From positions 216,225 to 280,224 of the forward strand of contig CACXBF010000002.1 of assembly GCA_902765855.1 (NCBI GenBank): DNA of 64,000 bases, given 5' to 3'. Within the stretch, counting starts at the first letter, position 1. Each line of letters begins with the position of its first letter. Positions 55,038-64,000 of the stretch are shown here, in pieces. The position numbers were made by a program, and so were the translations under genes. Source of the DNA: an uncultured Ruminococcus sp. GTDB taxonomy: Bacteria; Bacillota; Clostridia; Oscillospirales; Acutalibacteraceae. The notes under the pieces were generated by a model that was given only the letters and a program-made list of their open reading frames with translations, did not search any database and was not told the DNA's origin.

Positions 55038-55924
55038 GTGATTTAAATGAATTTCTTTCGACATATAATATTGAAAGCTATGAGCGTCCATCTATTGCAA
55101 CAGATATAGCGGTTTTTACTGTTATTCCTGATACAAAAATAGTGGATTGCAGAAAACTTCCTTCAAAAAAATTAAAGGTATTGCTTATTCGCAGAGGAGA
55201 AGAACCCTTTAAAAATCTATGGGCATTGCCTGGAGGTTTTGTGAGAAAGGGAGAAACTATCAATCAAGCGGCAAGGCGTGAGCTATTAGAGGAAACAGGC
55301 ACGCAGCAAGCTTATATTGAAATGTGCGGAACATTTGATGAAGAAGGCAGAGACCCTCGTGGTTGGATAATTTCACAAGCCTTTATGGCTCTTATAAACA
55401 GTGAAGATAAGGAACTTATGGAAAATATTCGTGCTGGTGGAGACGCCAAGGAAGCGGAATGGTTCGATGTTTCACTTGATATAGTCGGCGATGGCTATGA
55501 ACGCACAAAAGATGACAGAAAAAGTATAACAACATACGAACTCAATTTAAAAGGAAAAGAAAGTATTACTGCTGTCATTCAAGAAAAAAAATTATATAAA
55601 AATTACCACGAAGAAATGGAGTATAGTATAATTAAATCTGATTCTTTAGCGTTTGACCATGCAAAAATTATAACTTGCGTTCTAAATAAACTAAGGCAAA
55701 AGTTAGAATTTGATTTCAGAACGGCTTTTGATTTAATGCCGACTTATTTTACTTTGACAGATTTACAAGAGGTTTTTGAAGTTGTACTAAACAAAAAGCT
55801 TATTAAACCTAATTTTCGCAGAAAAATAGCTGATTATGTAGTAGAAACCGATAAAACAGTTATGAATGGGGGACACAGACCTTCAAAATTATTTATGAGA
55901 AATATGGATTTATTTTATAAATAA
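55034..55924 (+). CDS. nrtR: NrtR-type regulator (Nudix domain fused to C-terminal winged-helix domain)
   Basis: Intact Nudix box GGFVRKGETINQAARRELLEETG, then a ~100-aa C-terminal domain (FTLTDLQEVFEVVLNKKLIKPNFRRKI) as in Nudix-related transcriptional regulators. 4-nt overlap with nadE. Confidence 0.75.
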   Translation: MSDLNEFLSTYNIESYERPSIATDIAVFTVIPDTKIVDCRKLPSKKLKVLLIRRGEEPFKNLWALPGGFVRKGETINQAARRELLEETGTQQAYIEMCGTFDEEGRDPRGWIISQAFMALINSEDKELMENIRAGGDAKEAEWFDVSLDIVGDGYERTKDDRKSITTYELNLKGKESITAVIQEKKLYKNYHEEMEYSIIKSDSLAFDHAKIITCVLNKLRQKLEFDFRTAFDLMPTYFTLTDLQEVFEVVLNKKLIKPNFRRKIADYVVETDKTVMNGGHRPSKLFMRNMDLFYK

Positions 55925-55932
55925 AGTTATTA

Positions 55933-55977
55933 AAAATACAACTTGCTTAGAAAAAATCTTAGCAAGTTGTATTTTTT
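55933..55977 (+). terminator. Intrinsic terminator of the NAD operon
   Basis: Stem ATACAACTTGCT / AGCAAGTTGTAT followed by TTTTTT. Confidence 0.8.
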
Positions 55978-56100
55978 CTTTAAAATTCTTCTTAATTTTT
56001 ATTTTTCCTTGACATTGTGTAATTTATAAGGTATCGTATTTATATGTGCTTTATTACTGTTGTAATAATTTAGCGTAGTAAATTATTAAAGGAGAGTATT

Positions 56101-57612
56101 ATGAAAACCCAGCTTAAAAGAATGACAGTGTGTTTATTAGCTGTTATAACATTGATTATGACATTTCAATGTCTTATTTGTTTTGCAGCAAACGACAGGG
56201 AAGAATTTACCATAGGCTTTGATGCAGAATTTCCACCATATGGCTACAAAAGCGAAAGTGGTGAATATGTAGGTTTTGATATAGACCTTGCACAAGAGGT
56301 TTGTAATCGTAAGGGCTGGACACTGAAAAAACAGCCTATCGAATGGAATTCTAAAGATATGGAATTAAGTTCAGGTTCTATTGATTGTATCTGGAATGGC
56401 TTTACAATGAATGGAAGAGAATCAAAGTATACCTGGAGTACACCATATGTAGATAATTCTCAAGTTGTTATCGTTAAATCTGATTCAGATATTAAAGAAT
56501 TATCAAACCTTTCTGGAAAGATAGTCGCTGTTCAAGCCGATAGTTCGGCTCTTGCTGCTCTGACCGGCGATGATGCCACAGATGAAAATAAAAAATTATC
56601 AAAATCTTTCGCAGAACTTCAGCAGGTAGGAGATTATAACAGTGCGTTTATGAATCTTGAATCTGGTGCAGTTCAAGCAATATGTATGGATATTGGTGTT
56701 GCAAATTATGAGATTAAATCTCGTGGAAATAAATTTAAAATGCTTAATGATAAGCTTTCCACTGAAAAATATGCTATAGGATTTCAGCTTGGCAATACAG
56801 AACTCAGAAACGAGGTTCAAGGTGCTCTCCTTGAAATGCTTTCTGATGGAACATTTGAGGACATTGCCAAAAAGTGGGGATTGGAAGAAAGCGTTTGTCT
56901 TTCCGCAGATGATAAGTACATAGACAGCACTGATACTTCAACAACAAATAATGATTTTTGGCAGCAGCTTGGTCAGATAACAGTACAGCTTTTAGAGGGC
57001 TTGCTTGCAACTTTGACAATATTTGTGCTTACATTACTTTTCTCATTACCGCTTGGCTTACTTGTTGCAGCAGGCAGAATGTGTAAAATTGCACCAATAC
57101 GCTGGCTTATAAAAATATATATTTCCATAGTAAGAGGAACACCTCTTATGTTACAGCTTTTGGTTGTATTCTTTGGACCTTATTATCTTTTTGGTATAGA
57201 ACTTTCATCAAGTTATCGTTTCTATGCGGTAATTATCGGTTTCTCGGTAAACTATGCGGCGTATTTTGCAGAAATTTATCGTTCAGGCATTCAGGCTGTA
57301 CCTAAAGGTCAATATGAAGCTTGTACTGTTCTCGGATATAGCAGAGCACAGACTTTCTTTAAGATAGTTTTCCCACAGATGGTAAAGAATATCATTCCTT
57401 CAGTAACTAATGAAGTTATTACGCTTGTTAAGGATACATCACTTGCATTCGCACTTTCATATACAGAAATGTTTACCATTGCAAAGCAAATTGCAGCATC
57501 TAAAACTACAATTATGCCATTGTTTATTGCAGGCGTATTCTACTACATTTTCAATTTTATAGTTGCATTCATAATGGAAAGAATAGAAAAGAAAATGAAT
57601 TATTATAAATAA
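56101..57612 (+). CDS. Amino acid ABC transporter, fused substrate-binding and permease protein
   Basis: Signal/TM segment, then a family-3 solute-binding domain (FTIGFDAEFPPYGY), then a His/Glu/Gln/Arg-type permease (EAA loop YEACTVLGYSRAQTFFKIVFP). Confidence 0.9.
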   Translation: MKTQLKRMTVCLLAVITLIMTFQCLICFAANDREEFTIGFDAEFPPYGYKSESGEYVGFDIDLAQEVCNRKGWTLKKQPIEWNSKDMELSSGSIDCIWNGFTMNGRESKYTWSTPYVDNSQVVIVKSDSDIKELSNLSGKIVAVQADSSALAALTGDDATDENKKLSKSFAELQQVGDYNSAFMNLESGAVQAICMDIGVANYEIKSRGNKFKMLNDKLSTEKYAIGFQLGNTELRNEVQGALLEMLSDGTFEDIAKKWGLEESVCLSADDKYIDSTDTSTTNNDFWQQLGQITVQLLEGLLATLTIFVLTLLFSLPLGLLVAAGRMCKIAPIRWLIKIYISIVRGTPLMLQLLVVFFGPYYLFGIELSSSYRFYAVIIGFSVNYAAYFAEIYRSGIQAVPKGQYEACTVLGYSRAQTFFKIVFPQMVKNIIPSVTNEVITLVKDTSLAFALSYTEMFTIAKQIAASKTTIMPLFIAGVFYYIFNFIVAFIMERIEKKMNYYK

Positions 57613-57626
57613 GGAGGGAAAATACT

Positions 57627-58391
57627 ATGAATTTATTAGAAGTTAAAAATATAAGTAAGAGCTTTGACGACTTGCAGGTTCTTAAAGATATAAGCCTTTC
57701 TGTAAATGAAAAAGAAGTTGTTTCTATACTTGGTCCATCAGGTTCCGGTAAGTCAACTTTTTTAAGATGTATGACATTTCTGGAAAAAATTGATGGCGGA
57801 AGTATGAGCTTTTGTGGAGAAGAGGCTGTAAATTCTGAAAATGGTTATCCAGTTTATGTTCATAAGAAAAAGCTTAGACAGATACAAGGATACTTTGGCT
57901 TAGTCTTTCAGAATTTTAATCTTTTTCCACATTATTCAGTTATGAAAAACATATGCGATGCTCCTATCCATGTTCAAAAAAGAAATAAAGATGAAGTAGC
58001 TGAAGAAGCAAAAGAACTTCTTAAAAAAATGGGACTTTCTGATAAAGCGGATTACTATCCATATCAACTTTCTGGTGGTCAGCAACAAAGAATTGCAATA
58101 GCCAGAGCATTAGCAATGAAACCTAAAATGCTGTTTTTTGATGAACCTACATCAGCCCTTGACCCTGAACTTACTGCAGAAATTTTAAGTGTTCTTAAAG
58201 GTTTGGCAGCAGAAAAAATGACTATGATAATAGTTACTCACGAAATAGATTTTGCAAGAAGCGTTTCTGATAGGGTTGTATTTATGGATAAGGGACTTAT
58301 TGTTGAAGAAGGTTCTCCAAAAGATGTTATAGATAATCCTAAAAATGAACGCACAAAAACATTCTTGAAAAAAATGCAGGCAGAACTTTAA
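57627..58391 (+). CDS. Amino acid ABC transporter ATP-binding protein
   Basis: Walker A GPSGSGKST, signature LSGGQQQR, Walker B FFDEPT. Confidence 0.9.
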   Translation: MNLLEVKNISKSFDDLQVLKDISLSVNEKEVVSILGPSGSGKSTFLRCMTFLEKIDGGSMSFCGEEAVNSENGYPVYVHKKKLRQIQGYFGLVFQNFNLFPHYSVMKNICDAPIHVQKRNKDEVAEEAKELLKKMGLSDKADYYPYQLSGGQQQRIAIARALAMKPKMLFFDEPTSALDPELTAEILSVLKGLAAEKMTMIIVTHEIDFARSVSDRVVFMDKGLIVEEGSPKDVIDNPKNERTKTFLKKMQAEL

Positions 58392-58438
58392 TCTATATAT
58401 TTCAATAAAGTTCCATTATAAAATATGATATAATATTG

Positions 58439-58475
58439 ATAACCGTTTTGTTATTAGTAAAACGGTTATTTTTTG
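58439..58475 (+). terminator. Intrinsic terminator
   Basis: Stem ATAACCGTTTT / AAAACGGTTAT followed by TTTTT. Confidence 0.8.
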
Positions 58476-58554
58476 TTTTGAATTTCTATTAGCTATACAG
58501 AATTGCATTAAAGAATTATTTATGATTAGGTCACTTAGAAATAATTCGGATTAA

Positions 58555-58592
58555 ATAAAAAAATGGAATCGCTTTATAACTACGATTCCATT
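58555..58592 (-). terminator. Intrinsic terminator of the YhgE/Pip gene
   Basis: Stem AATGGAATCG / CGATTCCATT followed by a U-run on the minus strand. Confidence 0.75.
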
Positions 58593-58614
58593 CCTTTAAA
58601 TATTATGTTTTAAC

Positions 58615-61221
58615 TTATAAAATCAAGTCTGTTTCTTCAAGTCGTTTATTGAAGAACTTCATTGCTCTTATACACGGTTTGCGGAAGAGAATTCCTATTA
58701 TCAATGATACAGGTATAAAGCAAAGGAGATATAGAATGTTCTTCCAATAAGCACTATAAGTAACGCCTGCTATTGTTTCTCTTACAGCGTTAATAGCATA
58801 GTTAAATGGCATAAATCTGATTAAATTCTGGAAGAAATCAGGTAAAAGCTCTGGTGGGAATGTACCTCCTGAACCTGCAACCTGAACAATTAATATAATA
58901 ACTGCTATAGCCTTTCCGATAACGCTGAATGAAATTGTCAACGAGTAAATCAGAAGTGAGAAAACAATAATAGTTATCCAAGTTGTAAGAATGAAGAGGA
59001 AGAGGTTTTCACACTGAATTTTTAGGAAGAATACATCGCCAAGAGCTGTTATAGTGGCCTGAAGCAATGATATTACCATAAATATTAAATATCTTCCGAA
59101 ATATTCCTGATAAGGTTTAACCTTTCCAACAGTTTTTATATCGCTCTTACTAAGCTCAGTTTTAAGAACCGCAACCAAAACAATACCGCCAACCCATAAA
59201 GCAAGAACCGTATAGAATGGAGCCATTGCTGAACCATAGTCAGATACCGGAAATATCTTTTCTGTATTTATCTTAACAGGGCTTGAGATAAAGTCACTTA
59301 CTGCCTCTGGGTCACCAAAAACAGTGCTTATAAGATTTTCAATAGTTGAATTTTCCTTCAAATTTTTAACTTTTTCTTTAATGGTGTCAAGATTCTTAAT
59401 TCCCTTATCAATTAGCTTTTCTACATCGTTAAATGTGCTACTTACAGAAGTAACTATTTTTTGTGCGGAATTTAAGGCTTCCTCAATATCGTCAGTAACA
59501 GTAGAAGATGTTAGAACATTTGAAACCTTATCAAGTGCGTCACCTGATTTATTGACGATTTTTTCTATAGCATTTTTTGCAGGAGTTAAATAATTACTCT
59601 TAAATTTAGAAATAGAATTTTTTGTAGAGTCTACCAATGTTTTAATTTCATTACCGAAGTCGGCTGGAATTACATTTGAATTTTTTAATGTAGATGAAAC
59701 TGAATTAAGCTTACTGATTATCTGATTTTGAGTTTTATTCATATCTGTTAAGAATTCAACAATATCAGAAACCTTAATATCAGCTTTAACATTAGAAATA
59801 AGTGTATTTATTTCTGTCTTTATTTGAGTAATGGAATTTTTAGTTTCTTTGATTATAGCATCAATATCGCTTTTTAAGTTTTTAGGAATAGAACCTGTTT
59901 CTTTGATTTTTTGAGTTGCATCATTTATCTTAGCAATAATAGCACTTTGTTTTGTATTCATTGCATTAAGCTTTGCAACTGCTTTAGATGTATCTATTCC
60001 AAACTTTTCGGATAAAGTATTTAATGTAGAAATAAGCTCATTATTAGCTTCAATTATACTTTGGTTGATAATTTTTATCTCGTTGAGCTTATCTGCTGCG
60101 GTTGATGTATCTTTCTCAATAGTATCAAATACCGTATCAAGCTTTTGGCTTAAAGAATCAGCAAGAGAGGAAATCTTTGCCATAGAAGTTTCGATTGTAT
60201 TAACTAAGCTTGTAATACCGCTTGAACTTGTATTATCAAGATTATTAAGAATTTTTATAATATCATTATTTACTTCAATAATTTTATTACAAATGTCAGT
60301 AAGGTTCTGAATGTCATCAGCAACATCTTTAGAACCATTATTTACTTTAGTAATAACAGCATTAAGCTGATTGCTGAAAGATGTGGTAAGTGAATCAAGA
60401 GAATTGATGGTGCTTTCAAGAGTTGAAGAAAGTCCGGTCGATGCTGATTTAATAGCCTTACTTGCATCTTTAATAGAGTTTACAAACTCATTTGTATCTT
60501 TAAGCTTCTCTTTGAGTTCCGGAAGTGATTCCTTATTTGACTTAATTAAGGAATTTACTGAATCCATACTTCCGGAAATTACATCTATTGTAGATTTCAA
60601 TGAATCAAGAGATGTTTTTCCATCATCAAGAGTTGAAATAATTTTATCACAAATCTTATCTTTATTCTCAGATATTTCATCAGAAGATGTATTAAGCACT
60701 GTTGCAGCAATATTTGTGATTTGAGCGACAAAGCTTGAATTCACTTCAGTTTCAATAGCTTGTATACCTTTATCTGTGATTTTAGGTGCAATAGCATTTT
60801 TCTTTTCATTAACAAGGTATGTAATTTCAGGTCTTTTAAGTTCACCGGATGTTATACTTATAAGATTTTCGCTGAAATTTTCAGAAATAACTACAACCGC
60901 ATAATAATCACCATCAATTATACCCTGGTCGGCTGTATCTTTGTCTACAAATTCCCAGCCCATTTGAGTATTCTTTTTTAGGTTATCGACTATATTGTCG
61001 CCAAATGATGTCTTTAGCGGTCCGATTTTACACCCCTTATCAAGGTTGACAACTGCGACCGGAATATTTCCTGAGTTATCATATGGATTCCAGTTTGAAG
61101 CAATATTAAACCATGCATATAAAGCAGGAAGAACGCTAAGTCCAATAACCACTATAAAGGCAATTACACTTCTGAAAATCTTTTTCAGGTCATGCTTAAA
61201 GATAGAAAAAATCTTTTTCAT
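58615..61221 (-). CDS. YhgE/Pip-domain membrane protein (ABC-2-like TM domain with long coiled-coil ectodomain)
   Basis: One N-terminal TM helix, a ~600-aa Ser/Asn/Ile/Lys-rich helical repeat region, and five C-terminal TM helices. This is the architecture of phage-infection-protein (Pip)/YhgE family members. Confidence 0.8.
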   Translation of the reverse strand: MKKIFSIFKHDLKKIFRSVIAFIVVIGLSVLPALYAWFNIASNWNPYDNSGNIPVAVVNLDKGCKIGPLKTSFGDNIVDNLKKNTQMGWEFVDKDTADQGIIDGDYYAVVVISENFSENLISITSGELKRPEITYLVNEKKNAIAPKITDKGIQAIETEVNSSFVAQITNIAATVLNTSSDEISENKDKICDKIISTLDDGKTSLDSLKSTIDVISGSMDSVNSLIKSNKESLPELKEKLKDTNEFVNSIKDASKAIKSASTGLSSTLESTINSLDSLTTSFSNQLNAVITKVNNGSKDVADDIQNLTDICNKIIEVNNDIIKILNNLDNTSSSGITSLVNTIETSMAKISSLADSLSQKLDTVFDTIEKDTSTAADKLNEIKIINQSIIEANNELISTLNTLSEKFGIDTSKAVAKLNAMNTKQSAIIAKINDATQKIKETGSIPKNLKSDIDAIIKETKNSITQIKTEINTLISNVKADIKVSDIVEFLTDMNKTQNQIISKLNSVSSTLKNSNVIPADFGNEIKTLVDSTKNSISKFKSNYLTPAKNAIEKIVNKSGDALDKVSNVLTSSTVTDDIEEALNSAQKIVTSVSSTFNDVEKLIDKGIKNLDTIKEKVKNLKENSTIENLISTVFGDPEAVSDFISSPVKINTEKIFPVSDYGSAMAPFYTVLALWVGGIVLVAVLKTELSKSDIKTVGKVKPYQEYFGRYLIFMVISLLQATITALGDVFFLKIQCENLFLFILTTWITIIVFSLLIYSLTISFSVIGKAIAVIILIVQVAGSGGTFPPELLPDFFQNLIRFMPFNYAINAVRETIAGVTYSAYWKNILYLLCFIPVSLIIGILFRKPCIRAMKFFNKRLEETDLIL

Positions 61222-61565
61222 TCGCTTTCGTCCTCACTTTCATCATCATTTTCTTCCGATTCATTTTCATCTTCATACCCAAGATATACACGCAGTCTAT
61301 ATATTTTATATTCGTTGTGTATAAGATAAGCAACTACGAAGATAATTGTAATAATCCAAAGAACCAGAAAGAATAGTTTTGATTCAAGACTGAACATAAG
61401 CGCCAGAAACACAATAGCGGATACAGCTATAAATATAATTCCTATTCGATTGATCTTCTCACGCTTTTCTTTCATTTCCATATATTCGTATTTTACACGA
61501 AGATATGTATTATGTTCAATGTCGTGTTCGCTTAACAAGGGATTATATTTATCTTCTTCCATCAT
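61218..61565 (-). CDS. Small two-TM protein with poly-acidic C-terminal tail
   Basis: 115-aa ORF. Its TGA overlaps the YhgE ATG (ATGA). Tail YEDENESEENDDESEDESE. GGGAGG RBS upstream. Confidence 0.65.
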   Translation of the reverse strand: MMEEDKYNPLLSEHDIEHNTYLRVKYEYMEMKEKREKINRIGIIFIAVSAIVFLALMFSLESKLFFLVLWIITIIFVVAYLIHNEYKIYRLRVYLGYEDENESEENDDESEDESE

Positions 61566-61814
61566 AATAACAAACCTCCCTTTGTTTATAAAAAATTTTA
61601 GAAAAATAAAAAACTTTTCTAAGATGGAATAATATTATACCTTATTTAACTGATTTTTTCAATCTACAATATAAGTTGTTTGTAGAAAATCGGGACTTCT
61701 TGTACAGATTTTACTAATATTAGTTACTATAAAGCGTTGATTAAAGAGTATAAAATTTGCATAAACTATGCTTAGTTAAATAAAAGACAGGCTGGTTTAT
61801 ATGGGGGAATTTCT

Positions 61815-62768
61815 GTGAGAATTAAAAAATATATTATTTTATTGCTTACAACAGCATTAACTATAACAACAATATTTGCAGTTGGTAATTTTGTAAAAAC
61901 AACAACTCCAGTTGTCAATATTTTTAATGTAACTAAAAGTAAAGCCGATGAAATAGTGCAATCAACAGGTAAAGTTGGTTATATAAATCAAAAAAATGCA
62001 AAAGCCAGCTATGACTGTATAGTTACAGATATTTTTGTAAAAGAAAACGACGATGTTAAAAAGAATGATGAGATATTAAAAGTGGCTGTTGTAGAATTGC
62101 CCTCTGATATAGATATGAATAATATATCAAAAATAATAGATAAATATAAAAACTATGATATTAGTCAAGCAGAATATAAAACAATAGTTGCCCCTGAAAG
62201 CGGAACAGTAACTTCTTTAAAGATTCAAAAAGGTGATATTATCACAAAAGGAACTGTATTTTTTACTATAACAGATAAATCGGGATTGTCAGTTAAGCTT
62301 AATATAAACGAAAACCAAATATCTAAAATACAAGAAGGTCAGAGCGTTACTATAACAGGAAATGCTTTTGATAAAAAGAGTTATACAGGAAAAGTAATTT
62401 CAATAGCTGATGAGGCAGAAGAAACCGCTACCGAAATTGGTCGTGAAACTACTGTTGAAGTAGATATAAAAGTTGAAAATCCCGATGAGGAAATTAAACG
62501 AGGATATACCGCAAAATGTGCAATAATCACCGCCTCTGATGCTTCTTCAATAATAGTTCCTTATGAATCGCTTGGAAGTGATGATAAAGGAGATTATGTT
62601 TATAAATTTCATAACAACCGGGCAGAAAAACAATATATAATTATAGAAAGTGAACTTACTGATGGTGCAAAAATAAAAAATGGGTTAAAAAACGGGGATA
62701 GAATTATAAAAAATATTTCTGAGCTTTCTGATAATGAGGCTCAAGCTATTCATATCGAAGGTGAGTGA
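61815..62768 (+). CDS. HlyD/MacA-type periplasmic adaptor (membrane-fusion) protein
   Basis: N-terminal TM anchor, lipoyl/beta-barrel-like segments (VAPESGTVTSLKIQKGD). Coupled by a 4-nt overlap to a MacB-type permease. Confidence 0.75.
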   Translation: MRIKKYIILLLTTALTITTIFAVGNFVKTTTPVVNIFNVTKSKADEIVQSTGKVGYINQKNAKASYDCIVTDIFVKENDDVKKNDEILKVAVVELPSDIDMNNISKIIDKYKNYDISQAEYKTIVAPESGTVTSLKIQKGDIITKGTVFFTITDKSGLSVKLNINENQISKIQEGQSVTITGNAFDKKSYTGKVISIADEAEETATEIGRETTVEVDIKVENPDEEIKRGYTAKCAIITASDASSIIVPYESLGSDDKGDYVYKFHNNRAEKQYIIIESELTDGAKIKNGLKNGDRIIKNISELSDNEAQAIHIEGE

Positions 62769-63967
62769 ACCATATGAATGAAGTTTTTTGCTGTGTTATG
62801 AGAGGTTTGATAAGAAAAAAAGGTAGAAGCTTGCTGACAATATTAGGCATCGCTATTGGTGTTACGGCAGTTATCATAATAAGCAATATTTCACAATGCG
62901 GAACAGTAGCCGTAAATTCAGAACTTGATAGTCTTGGGGTTGGCGGACTTTCTGTAAGTCTTGATACCACAAACGCTGATTCTAATGCGGTATTATCCGA
63001 TAATGAATTAAATATTATAAAGAAGTCACCATATGTAGACAAGGCTATGCCTTTAATTTTTCAAACCGCAACTGTTAATTCTCGCGGAGAAGATACGCAG
63101 GCACTTCTATGGGGCATTGACCAAAACGCCAAGGATGTTATATCTCTCAAATTGATGTATGGGCGATTTATAAACAAAGGGGATATTGCTGCCAATTCAA
63201 GAGTTTGTCTTGTGGACGAAAGTTTTGCTAATGAAAATTTTGGTTGCACTAATATAGTTGGCAGAAAAATTACTGCTTTATGCTCTGGTAGCTATGAAAA
63301 TTTTGAAGTTATAGGAGTAATAAAAACCGGTAGTGGACTTTTACAAAATATGATGGGAAATTATATTCCTACATTTATGTATTTTCCATATACTACTATG
63401 CAAGAATTATATGCTATGAGTGATTTTCACCGAATAGCAGTAAAAGTAAGCGACGATGCTGAACCGGATATGGTTGGTGAAAAACTTGTAAAAACTCTTT
63501 CAACAGAAACGGGCTTTCAAAATAGTTATACAGCCGGAAGTATGGCTAAACAAAAAGAAGGCCTATCTCAGCTTATGAATATTGTTACTATGATTTTATC
63601 GGCAGTTGGAGGAGTTTCTTTATTTGTAGCAAGTCTTAGCATTATGAATGTTATGCTTGTATCAGTTGGAGAAAAAAAGCGTGAAATAGGCATAAAAAAA
63701 GCTATAGGAGCAGGCAGAGGAGATATTCTCAAGGAATTTCTGATAGAGGCTTCTATACTTACAATGTCAGGCAGTATTCTTGGGGTGATTTTTGGGATTG
63801 TAATATCTTTTGCCGGAGCATTTATTTTTGGAATATCAATTAATATGCGATATGATATTATTATATTTACGGTTTTATTTGCCTTATTTACCGGTATAAT
63901 TTTTGGCATATATCCAGCAAACAAGGCTTCTAAATTAAAACCTGTAGACGCGCTTAGAAATGAATAG
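62765..63967 (+). CDS. MacB/FtsX-type ABC transporter permease
   Basis: KKGRSLLTILGIAIGVTAV N-terminal TM, a ~230-aa extracytoplasmic domain, a C-terminal FtsX domain and the PANKASKLKPVDALR tail. The partner ATPase presumably lies beyond the window end. Confidence 0.85.
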   Translation: MNHMNEVFCCVMRGLIRKKGRSLLTILGIAIGVTAVIIISNISQCGTVAVNSELDSLGVGGLSVSLDTTNADSNAVLSDNELNIIKKSPYVDKAMPLIFQTATVNSRGEDTQALLWGIDQNAKDVISLKLMYGRFINKGDIAANSRVCLVDESFANENFGCTNIVGRKITALCSGSYENFEVIGVIKTGSGLLQNMMGNYIPTFMYFPYTTMQELYAMSDFHRIAVKVSDDAEPDMVGEKLVKTLSTETGFQNSYTAGSMAKQKEGLSQLMNIVTMILSAVGGVSLFVASLSIMNVMLVSVGEKKREIGIKKAIGAGRGDILKEFLIEASILTMSGSILGVIFGIVISFAGAFIFGISINMRYDIIIFTVLFALFTGIIFGIYPANKASKLKPVDALRNE

Positions 63968-64000
63968 GCTTTATAGTAGATATTAGATAATAATAACTTT

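Noticed and set aside
1-64000. Looked for CRISPR arrays, tandem repeat arrays, rRNA/tRNA genes, transposases, integrases, phage structural genes and toxin-antitoxin pairs.
   Set aside because: I saw no regularly spaced direct repeats, no tRNA-like or rRNA-like conserved stretches, and no ORF with recombinase or transposase motifs. The window reads as core chromosome.

Overview
AT-rich, low-GC Firmicutes (Clostridia-like) chromosomal segment. It is densely coding on both strands, with about 57 credible CDS. I saw no rRNA, tRNA, CRISPR array, transposase, integrase or phage structural genes, so this reads as core genome rather than an island.

Most of the content is transport and housekeeping:
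- Two two-component systems. One has a histidine kinase broken by a single in-frame TAA; the other is coupled to a tandem-FtsX ABC transporter.
- A TetR-controlled heterodimeric ABC exporter pair and a five-gene sugar ABC operon.
- A FemAB-family transferase, FtsW/RodA, NrdG and NrdR, an SNF-family transporter and AzlCD.
- PdxK, TrxB, proB/proA, TrkAH and a ZIP metal transporter.
- A five-gene NAD operon (pncA, Prs-like, Nampt-like, nadE, NrtR).
- A fused amino-acid ABC transporter, a YhgE/Pip membrane protein, and the start of a MacAB-type efflux operon.

Items worth a second look:
1. A divergent ThyX-fold ORF without the ThyX catalytic signature, wedged between proB and proA.
2. The Prs-like plus Nampt-like pair under an ADP-ribose-sensing NrtR-type regulator.
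3. A coupled DUF5685 / J-domain protein with a cysteine-string tail / membrane protein operon.
4. An orphan TPR-SUFU-DUF2185 immunity-like fusion protein.
5. Two small dispersed non-coding repeat families.
6. A perfect 14-2-14 palindrome at the transcription start of the ZIP transporter.
7. A triad of small Pro-rich proteins that convergently overlaps proA.

I found no convincing multi-gene defence or mobile system. All family assignments come from motif recognition by eye and need profile searches to confirm.
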